A stretch of DNA of 64,000 nt, taken from the NCBI RefSeq assembly GCF_020745735.1, contig NC_083426.1:12710001-12774000 (forward strand), in the 5' to 3' direction. This DNA is from Hemiscyllium ocellatum (taxonomy: Eukaryota). Position numbers and translations under genes: made by a program. The notes below the pieces were generated by a model. The model did not search any database, was not told the DNA's origin, and worked only from the letters and a program-made list of their open reading frames with translations. Below, piece by piece: positions 12,701-24,040 of this stretch; within the stretch, counting starts at the first letter, position 1; each line of letters begins with the position of its first letter.

Positions 12701-15700
12701 GTATTTTATCTAGGAAGAAAAGTGACAAAGTGTTGGGGAATATTTGAATTTTCTCATAGAATAATTGTTTCTTTCCCACAGAAGCCGTCTCTGTTCCTGG
12801 GCTTCGATTTTTATCCCAACCAAATGTCTCATGTTCTGGGGGTTCAGTGACAGTCTCCTGTGAGTCTGCCCAGGGATCCCTCCCAATTCACTACACATGG
12901 TCTGAGAAGATGCCATCTCAAGATTCAAAGATCTCTGACACCAATAAACTGGATCTACATTGTCAATCCTTCACACAGCAACATCATCAATATTACTGCA
13001 CAGCCTCAAATACTCAGGGAACAAAACCCAGTGAAATTGTTCATGTGTCAGTCAACAATGTAAGAGAGAAGAACTGCAGTTATAGGATACAGATCAACAG
13101 CATCGGTAAGTGTGATGTAAACAATGTTTGTTTATTATCTCACTCTGGGAAACTGTAATTGATAAAATGCACTCCATTTGTTTTCATTGTCAGTTCTGAA
13201 CAAAGCCAATGGCTTGCCCTATACTTGGAAAATGAGCAAGTACATAAAATCCTGCCCACAGCATAGAGTCAACATCTCCAATGATCCCAGCAAATTAAAA
13301 AAGCATTTGATTGTCAGACAATTTGCATTTTTCTAACAGAAGGAATGATTAAATTCAGTCAGTGACTGTTGTGTGCAGATTTAGGACAAATATTGGGGAC
13401 AAATTGGAGATCAGTTGCACAAATGAAATACAGAGGAACCTCGATTATCTGAACATTGATGATACTAATTTCGGGTTATCCAAACAGGTTCTCAAGGTCC
13501 CGATGCTTTGGTGAACTGTATTATCCAAACATTCAATTATCCAGACAAAATATTCCCTTCCCGAGTCATTCGGATTATCAAGGGTCCTCTGTATATGTAA
13601 ATATTGCCTGCAGCCATTTCCTGATCTGATCTGTTTGAGCTGTCAGAGAAGAAGCAAGTCAGCATCAAGTCAAAGTGACCCACGGGAACTGTGTTTGGAA
13701 CTATCAGCAGCAGCTCATGTGGCTGCACTCCCACTTTTGATGCCAGCGTGTTGGGGGTTCCAGTTCCCCTTCGGGGTTAAAATCCAGCTGGATCCCACTG
13801 CCCAGCAGAGAGAAGTAATGCTGTGCTGTGGCAGGTGAGACAGTGTCGATGAGGTGAGAAACTGAGAACCTGTTCCCCCTTTAGGAATGGCGTCGTTTGT
13901 AAATTATTTACAGAGTAGAGGTATCCTAGTGTCTGAGCAAGCATTCATTCCGCAATCAATGTTACTAAAAACAATCAGATTTTTGAGAGAATTATTTCAA
14001 CTTAAGTTTGAGATATTGTTGCATTCCAACTGTTTGTTTCCACCTCCTCAGATCCTGTAATGTACCAAAACCCATCTGATTCATTGATGTTCTTTAGGGA
14101 AGGAAATCTCTAGCCTTTCCAGGTCTGCTCCACATGGAACTCCAGCAATGTGGTTTGTTCTTAAACTGCCCTCTTCAAACGGTTTAGAAAGTCACTCAGT
14201 CAGGGGTAGTTAGGAATGGGCAACAAAATCTGGCCATGAAAAACCAAAATATAGAGAATTAACAGTTTATTTGTTGCAGAAATAATTCACATAAAACACA
14301 CTCTAGCCGTATTGCCTGTGTACCCTTTGGAGATGGGGAACCTCATCTGTCTACCTCATGGATCCTTATGGTTCAGTTGATGAAAAATCTTTGGTGGGTT
14401 ATGTGTCTATAGATGAGGTTTCCCATTATTCCTGCAAGATCAGAAAACCATCTCAAGAGGGTGGAAGTGACCACTGTCTATGTCGGCAAGTGACAGCTCC
14501 ATGTGAAACCCGTTGGTTTTAAACAAGTGGGATATCTGGGTGTAGTTACCAACCCAAACCCTTTAACAAACCCCAATGGAACGCACCTACTCTCAGATTC
14601 AGGGATAAAAGTAACCGGGATCGTCATTGTGTGCAACCACAGAAGATGGGAGAGATATTCAACAAATATTTCCAATATTTTACTGTGGAGAAAGACATGG
14701 AGGTTAGGGAATTCAGGGAAATGAACATTGATGTCATGAAAACAGTCCACATTACAGAAAGAGGAAGTCCTGAAAATCTTAAAAGAGAAATCTCCAGGAC
14801 CTGATCAAGTGCATCCCAGGACAGTGTGGAAATTAGGGAAGAAATTATGGGTCCCCCTAGCATCGCTATTTGTTTCATCCACAGTCACGGGTGAGGTGCT
14901 GGAGGATGTAAGGGTGGATAACGTTATCCCTTTATGTAGGAAAGGCTGTGGGGAGAAGCCTGGGAATTACATATCTGTGAGTCTGATATCAGTGGCAGGT
15001 AAGTGAGAATCATAGAATGACAGATTCCGTACAGTGTGAAACAGGCCATTCGGCCCAACACTTCCACACCAATCCTCTGATGAGCATCCTTCACAGAAAC
15101 ATTTCCCCTGTCTAACGCACCTAACCTGTACATCCCTGAAAACAATGGGGCAATTTATCACGTCCAATTCACCTAGCCTGCACATCTTTGGACTGTTGTT
15201 GGAAGGGGTTTTTAAAGATTGGATTGACATATATTTGGAGAGGCAAGAACTAATTCGGGATAGTGTGTGGGAAGTCGTGCATTACAAACTTGGTTCCATT
15301 TTTTTCAGGATGTAAGCAAAAAGATTGATGAGGGGGAACAGTAATTGTTGTCTCCATGGACTTTAGTAACAAGGTTCCACATTCAGGAGTGATTTATAAA
15401 GTTAGATCACGTGGGATTCAGGGTGAGCTTGCCAATTGAATTCAAAATTAGCTTGATGGCAGGAGACAGAGGGTGGTGGAGGGTCAATTTTTTGGATTGG
15501 TGGCCTGTGACCAGTGGTGTTCAGCAGGGATCGGTGTTAATTATATAAACAATATGAACGACAATTTAGATGGCATGGTTCGTAAGTTTATGAATGACAC
15601 CAAAATTGGTGGTATTGTTGACAGTGACAAAAGTCATCTATGATTACAAAGGGATCTTGATCAATTGGGCCAATGCGCTGAGGATTGGCAGATGGAGTTT

Positions 15701-18700
15701 ATCTTGTTGAATGTGGGGTATAGCCTTTTGGTAAAACAAAACAGGACGGGAGTTACACAATTAAAAGTACGGCCTGGGGTCGTGTTGTCAAACAGAGTGA
15801 CCCTGGGGATCTTTGATATTTGCATCATAGGTAGAGAGGGTGGTTAAGAAGGTATTTAACATGCTTACTCTCATTGCTCAGACCATTGTGTGTAAGAGTT
15901 GGAATATTGCGTTGAGCTTGTACAGAATGATGCTGAGACCACTTTTGGTTTCGTGTGTACAGTTCGAGTCACCGTGCTTCAGGAAGGTTATTGTTAAATT
16001 GAAGAGGTTTCAGAACAGATCTACTAAGATGTTGCTGTGACTGGAGGGTTTGAGTGATAGGGATAGGCTGAGACTTTTTCCCCGGGAGGGGAAGAGGTTG
16101 GGACGTAACTTTATCGAGGTTTATAAAATCATGAGGGGTAGGTGATAAGCAAAGGTTTCTTTCACGAGGCTGGGAGAGTTCAAAGTGAGGGGTCATGTTT
16201 TCACAGTGAGAGGAGACAGATCTGAAAGGAATCTAAGGGACAATATTTTCATGCAGAGGGTGTTTTATATGTAGAATGAATAGTCAGAGGACATGGGAGA
16301 CGAAGGGGCAGTTGCAACAACAAAAAGACATTTGGATCAGTACATAAATAAGAAAGATTTGTAGGGAAACGTGCCAAATGCAAGCAAGTGGGACTGGTTT
16401 ATTTGAGAAACGTTTTCAGCACGGACGTATTAAACTGAAGGGTCTATTTCTGTGTCCTATGTGTCTATGACACTGAATGGGACAGTGAAGGACAAGATGT
16501 TGGGGGTTGTTGGTTTTTCAATTATAGTCAGTTTTGTCACAAATGTTTATTTCCCAACAAAGCCATCTCTGTTTCTGGACTTCAATTTTAATCCCAACCA
16601 AATGTCACATGTTCTGGGGGTTCAGTGACAGTCTCCTGTGAGTCTGTCCAGGGATCCCTCCCCATTCATTACACATGCTCTGAGAAGACCCCCATCTCAA
16701 GATTCAAAGATCTCTGACACCAATAAACTGGATCTACATTGTCAATCCTTCACACAGCAACATAATCAATATTACTGCACAGCCTCAAATACTCAGGGAA
16801 CAAAACCCAGTGAAATGGTTCATGTCTCAGTTCCCAGTGTAGCAGGGAGGGCTGTAGTTCCATGATATAAATCAGCAGCATCAGTAAGTTTCCTACAAAC
16901 ACTGAGGCTGACACATTCATTCAATGTTTATTCAAACTGCTCATTGGTTAAGTTTCTTTCATACTTACAAATAACTGCACCTTATCACATAATGTCTCTG
17001 TGATATTTGAACAATTTTGAACAAGGTGTTAACTTATTTATGAGAATGGACAAGATTGTACTAAAGCTTCAGAAAATGTATGCGTGCTTCACTCCAGCTT
17101 TGTGTTACATCTCACAGCTTGTGTATGTTATACCTTTAATAGATAAAGTCACCACAATATCACAGCATGTGACCTGAGGGGATAATGGTGTCAGACTCCA
17201 TCATAGTCAGGGTCACATCAGGCATGACATGCTGATGGACGGGTGTCACTGTTTGTAATTGAATACCTCAGTTCCAGCCCAGATCCTGAAGTGTCTCTGG
17301 CTGTGAGATATGTTTCGCCAGATGCTGGTGATTTGTCAGTCCGACAAAATCCATGCCTTGTTCTCATGTAACAGGAGCTAACGTAAAGATGACATCATTG
17401 GGTCTAAATACAATAGTGGAGGCAAAAGTCCCAGTGGAAGCTCACCCAGCAATCACAGGATATTACTGGGCAGAGCAGGGGCTGCTGGATCCCCCAGGAA
17501 TACATTGTCCAGCGGGAGCAGTGACCAGCTCAGTGGCTGGAACTTTCTTTTATGTTTGACAAGGATGAGAAAGGGGAATATAGTCTCACCAACTTCAGGC
17601 TTTCAAATGCTTTAATAAAAATACAGGAGCATCAATGTCCAGGCAAGGAACAAAATACAAGTTTTAGGCAAACTCGGTCACTACCACATCTCTCCAGACA
17701 GGGGGGGTTAGAGACAAATGAATTCAACAAAATCCATGATTCACAACAAGTCCTGAGGTTCCATTGGTGAGGAGAGCTCTCTTGGTTGTCTGTCACTGAG
17801 ACTCAGATGAAGCTGAATATTATCTTATGTCTCAATAGGAAGTGAATATACTTGTGACAAATCCACAACAATATCATCAACAACAACAGGAACATCGTCA
17901 GGACCCAAATCTGTCAGTAAAAGGTAGAACAATTTCATTGTCAATGTTTCCATTAGCATTGATTCCAGTGAGAATAAGTGACTGAGCATAGGCTTGCAAT
18001 AGGTTTCAATTTTAGGTGATAACTTATCAGAATGTCAATGGTCACTGATTTCATGCAATGCCATTATGTTTGTTTCCTTATTGGTGAGCTGAAGGTGAGA
18101 TTTTCTGACTGTTTTAACTTTAGTTTTAATTAGCAAAGGGATTCAATTTCCAGATCGTCACATTTACAATGTTGTTATTTACGTTATTGGACATTCATAA
18201 CAGGAGATGCCAATTTCTGTTTGCCCCATCCCAGTTTAAATGCTTCATTATTCACCTGAGCTCATGGTGTTGTATATTTCAAAGAAGTGACAGATTTTGT
18301 TGAGCCAGGGCGTCTGGAGTATCACTGCCAGGGACATTGCATTCTCTATCACCTTCTCCTCCTCTATTCTCTCATGTTAAACATTATTCCCAAACTGAGA
18401 GGGTGGGAGGCTGTCTGATTCCACCTGGTGAAGCCTTGCCTGTTAGAAGGTGCAGGAGCAGTGTGGGATGATGCTATTCTGAGTTCCTCACTGACTGAAG
18501 AGACTTCTCACCCACTGGAATATTACACCAGACTGCAATGCTCCTGCAAATATCCATCCACATCTAATAATCCTCATTGACAACAAGATGCTGAGCATGA
18601 CAGGACGTGGAACTGAAACTTGTTACATTTGGCCTTTATATATTGTTAAAGTCAATCAAAAATTGAACTGTAAATTAATTTTAGCTGTGCTGCTTTATTT

Positions 18701-18890
18701 TGCTACAATACACTGCAGTGTGAACAGGAGATAAATGTTTAAAACATCAAGCAGTCTTGTTTCCTTCAAATGATTTTGTATTTCTTCTGTTTTACACAGT
18801 TACGTTGTCTGGGATGTGATACGCTGGGTACTCTTCACTCTCCTGGTGATTTGTTCTGTTTCAGTCACAATGTTTACACAAAAACATTAG
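9708..18890 (+). CDS. Unit B: intact CD300/pIgR-like (MDIR-like) activating receptor, SP-V-C2-stalk-TM, 281 aa; exons 9708-9744, 12342-12650, 12782-13105, 17839-17923, 18800-18890
   Basis: All introns GT-AG with phases 1,1,1,2. The 846-nt joined CDS is open from ATG to TAG. V motif C.Y...KYxC.G...C...GRISITDN...F.VTI..L...DAG.YSCG; C2 motif SVTVSCES.QGSLPI.Y.W...YYCTASN. Confidence 0.85.
10045..10260. mobile_element. Penelope-derived fold-back mini-element with a 9-bp target-site duplication
   Basis: Inverted arms with degenerate hammerhead cores; TCCAATGCA at 10036-10044 and 10261-10269; the empty site is present in the unit C intron at about 30590. Confidence 0.7.
11909..12223 (-). mobile_element. 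Young full-length HE1-like tRNA-derived SINE
   Basis: A box TGGCACAGTGG, B box GGTTCAATTCC, (TAATC)n tail; absent from the same site in unit D (about 48425). Confidence 0.9.
12342..12650 (+). CDS. Unit B exon 2, CD300/pIgR-type V domain
   Basis: TTTCAG acceptor, G|GTACGT donor, canonical Cys pair plus the C-C' Cys pair; KYCC replaces the usual KYWC. Confidence 0.9.
12782..13105 (+). CDS. Unit B exon 3, C2-type Ig domain
   Basis: CCACAG acceptor, G|GTAAGT donor, 324 nt open in phase 1. Confidence 0.9.
14640..16470 (+). mobile_element. Decayed CR1 ORF2 fragments with a nested SINE piece (about 15007-15195)
   Basis: RT-like remnants (DQVHPRT, WRVxNVxPL, CVQFESP) with many stops; homologous to 2100-3200. 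Confidence 0.75.
16560..16883 (+). pseudogene. Second C2-type pseudo-exon (unit B)
   Basis: Acceptor G lost (CCAACAAAGCC), TAA at 16589-16591, +1 frameshift near 16690, Trp to Cys, TAA at 16868-16870. Confidence 0.85.
17839..17923 (+). CDS. Unit B exon 4, Ser/Thr-rich stalk (GSEYTCDKSTTISSTTTGTSSGPKSVSK)
   Basis: CAATAG acceptor, AG|GTAGAA donor, phase 1 to 2, restores frame to the TM exon; paralog at 49848-49956. Confidence 0.8.
18800..18890 (+). CDS. Unit B exon 5, TM with Arg and 4-aa tail: (S)YVVWDVIRWVLFTLLVICSVSVTMFTQKH*
   Basis: Phase-2 acceptor; in frame with the stalk exon. Confidence 0.85.
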
Positions 18891-19851
18891 GTGAGCATCA
18901 TGGCCTTTACAAGAATGATTTTGAGCACTCTAAGTTCCCCATCAATGAGGTGGTCCTGGGTGGAGGGGTTTCGAAGCAGGAGACACAGTTTGAGAAGAAT
19001 GGGTTGACCATTTGGGACTGAGATGAGCAGGAATTTCTTCACTCAGAGGGTGATGGTTTGTTGGAATTCTCTGCCCCAGAGACCTCTGGAGGCTCCAGAC
19101 TTGAATATATTCAAAATAGAGATCAATAATGTTCTGGGTAATAAAGATATGGAGACACATGGCAGTAGTGCAAGTAAAATGGTATTCAGGCAGAAGATCT
19201 GCTCTGATCCAGGTGAATGCTGAGGGACCCTCGAGGGGCTGAATGGCCTACTCTGTTCCTGCCTCATCTCTCTCCATGTTGGCCTCAGGCTGTTAAATGC
19301 TGTCATTGCATCAGCTGCCACCATTTCGTCTGACAGATCGTTTCACACACATACCCACCCTTTGTGTGAAAAAGTTACTCCTCAAGTCATTTTGAAATAA
19401 TTTCCCTCTCACCTTCAACCTGTGCCCTCTAGGTCTGGACACCCCCATTGAGGAAAAACACCTCGGCTGTTCACCCTGCCCATTCCCTTGTTTAAATCTC
19501 TTTGGATAATATAGTCATGTGTCCTAATCTGGAATGAAGACAATGTAAATGCTGTTGGGCAGAGATATAAGTGAGTTAGTGTGTAATAGTTTGATTGGAT
19601 GGAACCTTGTTATGTGTTAAAATAATAAAATACATTTGTTGTTATTCAAACAAATTGATTTATTCAACATTTGATGGGATGTACAGCTCCCGTGCATACA
19701 TTAATAAATATGTAAACAAAGAAACCTGAGTCTGCTCTAAAGAGGAAATACTGTATCAAATCCCCCTTTCTGGGATTCTCATAGAACAGAGGAGGTGCCA
19801 GAGAGCAAAAGGAAATGACATATTCCCAGAAACTGTCATACTGTTCCTCAC

Positions 19852-22720
19852 GTAGAGTTATAGAGTCATAGAGACGTACAGCACGGAAACAGACCCTTTG
19901 GTCCAACTCGTTCAAGCCAACCAGATATTGAGTCCAATCTAGTCCTACCTGCCAGAACTTGGCCCATATCCTTCCAAACTCTTCCTATTCCTATACCCAA
20001 CCAGGTACCTTTTAAATCTTGCAATTGTACTAGCCTCCACCACATCCTCTGGCAGTTCATTCCAAACACACACCAGCCGCTTCATATAAAGTTGCCCCTT
20101 AGGTCTACTTTATATCCTTCCTCTCTCACCCTAAACCTATGCCCTCTAGTTCTGGACTCCCCCACACCAGGGAAAAGGCCATGTCTATATATCCTATACA
20201 GGCCCCTAATGATTTTGTAAACCTCTATAAGGTCACCCGTCAGCCTCCGAGACTCCAGGGAAAACAGCCCCAGCCTGTTCAGCCTCTCCCTGTAGCTCAG
20301 ATCCTCCAACCCTGGCAACATCCTTGTAAATCTTTTCTGAACCCTTTCAAGTTTCAAAACATCTTTCCAATAGGAAGGAGACCAGAATTGCACACAATAT
20401 TCTGACAGTGGCCTAACCAATGTCCTGTACAGCCCAAACATGACCTCAAAACTCCGATACTCAATACTCTGACCAATGAAGGAAAGCATACCAAATGCCT
20501 TCTTCACTATCCTATCTACCTGTGACTCCACTTTCAAGGAGCTATGAACCTGCACTCCATTGTCTCTTTGTTCAGTAACACTCCCTAGGACCTTACCATT
20601 GAGTGCATAAGTCCTGCTAAGGTTTGCCTTCCCAAAATGCAGCACCTCACATTTATCTAACTTGAACTCCATCTGCCATTTATCAGCCATTGATCCATCT
20701 GGTCAAGATCCCATTGTAATCTGAAGTAAGCTTCTTCGCTTTCCACTGCACCTCCAATCTTGGTGTCATCTGAAAATTATGAATTATACCTCTTAGGCTC
20801 ACATCCTAATCATTGAGATAAATGATGAAAAGTAGTGGACCCAGCACTGATCCTTGTGACACTCCACTGGCCACAGGCCTCCAGTCTGAAAAACAACCCT
20901 CCCCCACCATCCTCTGTCTTCTAACTTTGATTCACTTCTGTATCCAAATAGCTTGTTCTCCCTGCGTTCAGTGAGATCTAACCTTGCTAACCAATCTTCC
21001 ATGGGGAACCTTGTCAATAGCCTTACTGAAGTCCATATAGATCACATTTATTGCTCTGCCCTCATCAATTTTCTTTGTTACTTGTTCCAAAAATTCAATC
21101 AAGTTTGTGAGACATGATTTCCGACACACAAAGCGGCACGGTGGCACAGTGGTTAGCACTGCTGCCTCACAGCACCTGAGACCCGGGTTCAATTCCCGAC
21201 TCAGGCAACTGAGTGTGTGGAGTTTGCACATTTTCCCGTGTGTACGTGGGTTTCCTCCGGGTGCTCCGGTTTCCTCCCACAGTCCAAAGATGTGCGGGTC
21301 AGGTGAATTGGCCATGCTAAATTGCCTATAGTGTTAGGTAAGGAGTAAATGTAGGGGTATGGGTGGGTTGCGCTTCGGCGGGTCGGTGTGGACTTGTTGG
21401 GTCGAAGGGCCTGTTTCCATACTGTAAGTAATCTAATCTAAAAAGCCATGCTGACTTTCCCTTATTAGTCCTTGCTTTTCCAAATACATGTACATCTTGT
21501 CCCTCAGGATTCCCTCCAACAACTTGCCCAACACTGACGTCAGGCTCACTGGTCTATGGTTTCCTGACTTGTCCTTACCACCTTTCTTGAACAGTGGCAC
21601 CATGTTAGGCAACCTCCAGTCTTCTGGCACCTTACCTGTGAGTATCGATGACACAAATATTTCCGTAAGAGGCCCAGGAATCACTTCCCTAGCTTCCCAC
21701 AGAGTTCTAGGGTACACCTAATCAGGTCCTGGGGATTCATCCACTTTTATGCATTTCAAGCCATCCAGCACTTCCTCCTCTGTAATATGAACATTTTTCA
21801 AGATGTCACCATCTGTTTCCCTACATTCTATAACTTACACGTCCTTTTCCACAATAAATACAGATGCAAAATACCAATTAGTTTCTCCCCCATCTCCTGT
21901 ACCTCCACACAAAGGCTGCCTTGCTGATCTTTGAGGGGCCCTATTCTCTCCCTAGTTACCCTTTTGTCCTTACTGTATTTGTAAAAGCACTTAGGATTCT
22001 TCTTAACCCTATTTGCCAAAGCCATCTCATTTCCCCTTTTTCCCCTCATGATTTCTCTTTTAAGTATACTTCTACTGCCTTGATACTCTTCTCAGGATTC
22101 ACTCGATCTATCCTGTCTATACCTAACATGTGCTTCCTTCTTTTCTTTAATGAAATTCTCAATTTCTTTAGTCATCCAGCATTCCCTATACCTACCAGCC
22201 TTTCCTTTCACCCTGACAGGAATATACTTTCTCTGGACTCTCGTTATCTCATTTTTGAAGGCTTCCCATTTTCCATCCATCCCTTTACCTGCAAACATCT
22301 GCCCCCTATCAGCTTTTGAAAGTTTTTGCCTTACACAGTCAAAATTGGCTTTTCTCCAATTTAGAATGTCAAATTTGAGATGCGCTTTGAATGCTGCCTG
22401 AACTGCTGTGCTCTTCCAGCACCATTAATCCGAAATTTGAGATGTGGTCTGTCCTTTTCCATCACTATTTTAAAACGAACAGAATTATGGTCCCTGGCCC
22501 AAAGTGCCTCCCCACTGACACCTCAGTCACCTGCCCTGCCTCATTTCCCAAGAGTAGGTCAAGTTTTGCACATTCTCTAGTAGGTACATCCACATACTGA
22601 ATCAGAAAATTGTCTTGTACACACTTAAGAAATTCCTCTCCATCTAAATCTTTAGCACGATGGCAGTGCCAGTCGATGTTTGGAAAGTTAAAATCCCCGA
22701 CCATAACTACCCTATTATTC
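19852..22720 (-). mobile_element. CR1/HER1-type LINE, 5'-truncated, ORF2 decayed
   Basis: 3' tail (CTATGACT)n at about 19852-19875; RT ORF 20082-20690 (YCVQFWSPSY..LERVQKRFTRMLPG); endonuclease VGDFNFP at about 22690; same insertion site as the CR1 at 51842. Confidence 0.92.
21133..21440 (+). mobile_element. Full-length HE1-like SINE nested in CR1
   Basis: A and B boxes, TAATC tail, AAAGC duplicated at the flanks. Confidence 0.9.
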
Positions 22721-22729
22721 TCACTCTCA

Positions 22730-23362
22730 CTCTCTCTCCCTCACACACATGCACACATCTTCCCTCTGCCTCTCTCCCCCACCATGCCACCTCCCACCCC
22801 ACTACACACAAACGCACACACATACAAGTCTATGGGATGAATTGCATTTGCAAATTTGTATTTACAGATATTTTAGATTATGTTCAAAAAACACACAATC
22901 TATAGACAGTGAGTAAATGTGATATTTTATAAATCCCTTCTTTCAAAATGAATCCTGTCTGACTCCATGCTGGAAACAGACTCGAACATCATTCCTGCAA
23001 TGCATTGTCTGAGCTGACGTGGCACTTTTTTATTTACAGATAAAACTTGAAGATATATTGGGATGATGACTTGACAGAAATTCGGGGATTTACATATTAA
23101 TCAATGGAAACCTGCAGCCTCATTCTAAGTGACTGAAGACTTAACAGCAATCTAGGTTTCTCTAATACATTGCATCCATTGTGTGATACTTTGATCTTTT
23201 ATTGATAAATTCTGTGCCCGATGTATCCTGCCTCAATGACTCCCTGACAAAGGAGTGGTGCTCTGAAAGCTTGTATTTTCAAATGAACCTGTTGGACTCT
23301 AACCTGGTGTTGTGTGATTTTCAGCTTTGTCCACGCCAGGCCAACAGCAGCCCCTCCACATC
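22730..23362 (+). mobile_element. Penelope-derived repeat (same family as 3471-4188 and 63830-64000)
   Basis: Shared TTGCATTTGCAAATTTGTATT block and terminal GAAAGCTT...AACCTGTTGGACTCTAACCTGGTGTTGTGTGATT. Confidence 0.6.
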
Positions 23363-24040
23363 CTGAATCTTCTTGCCAGTGGCTCATATCCAGCAGACAG
23401 TGAGTGCTGAGCCTGAGTCTGAATGACAGTTGTTCACCTCTCCAAGGAGACAGCTAGACATACGGCTCAGGATTGAGAGTGATGGTTGATGCCTCCATCC
23501 CCATTGATCCAGTTTAAGGGCTGTCTCTGACATACCGACCTGCTGTGCTTGTGCCTGTCTCTGCATTTTCACAACTTCAATAAAATTACACCTGACAGTC
23601 CTGAATGTTGAAGCCATTGTCTCTATCACAGCACATTCACCTTTCCTTCGCCACTGACTCCAGCCATCTCCCTGCTCAACAGAGCCCTCATCCATGATGT
23701 TATTAGTTTCACGTCCAACCATTCCAAATCATTCAATCTGGCCTTGAATCTTCCAATTTACACTCTTCCATCTCTCTGCTCCAGCTTTGCATCTTTGAAG
23801 GTGCTATGTGAATGCAACTTGCCATATTCGCAAACACACTGACAAGGCAAGGCTTTCAAATGAATGCGCTTCTCAGCTCACTGTAGTTAGAAAGCTGCAA
23901 ATCATTCTGAAATAATGTGAAGTTTTATCCCAAACATTACAATCCAAGTTAAGTTCAATGGAATTGAATAATTTTAAAACTTTATGAAATTAAAATTTAA
24001 ATCTGGTAAAATAGATTTCTTCCCAAAATTACTTTATTTT

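Noticed and set aside
12342-13105. Rearranging antigen receptor (Ig, IgNAR or TCR) V segment
   Set aside because: V exons end in splice donors, not heptamer-spacer-nonamer signals; no D/J segments; the motif pattern is CD300/pIgR-type; the CACAGTG hits I noticed are mostly SINE heads.
13615-13834. Possible extra exon ending in CAG|GTGAGA after the C2 exon
   Set aside because: Phase-1 reading hits TGA after three codons, and the phase-0 frame is stopped in unit A.
9708-18890. True pIgR or a specific CD300 ortholog symbol
   Set aside because: The V plus C2 architecture with a 4-aa tail does not match pIgR, and orthology cannot be shown without phylogeny, so no symbol is given.
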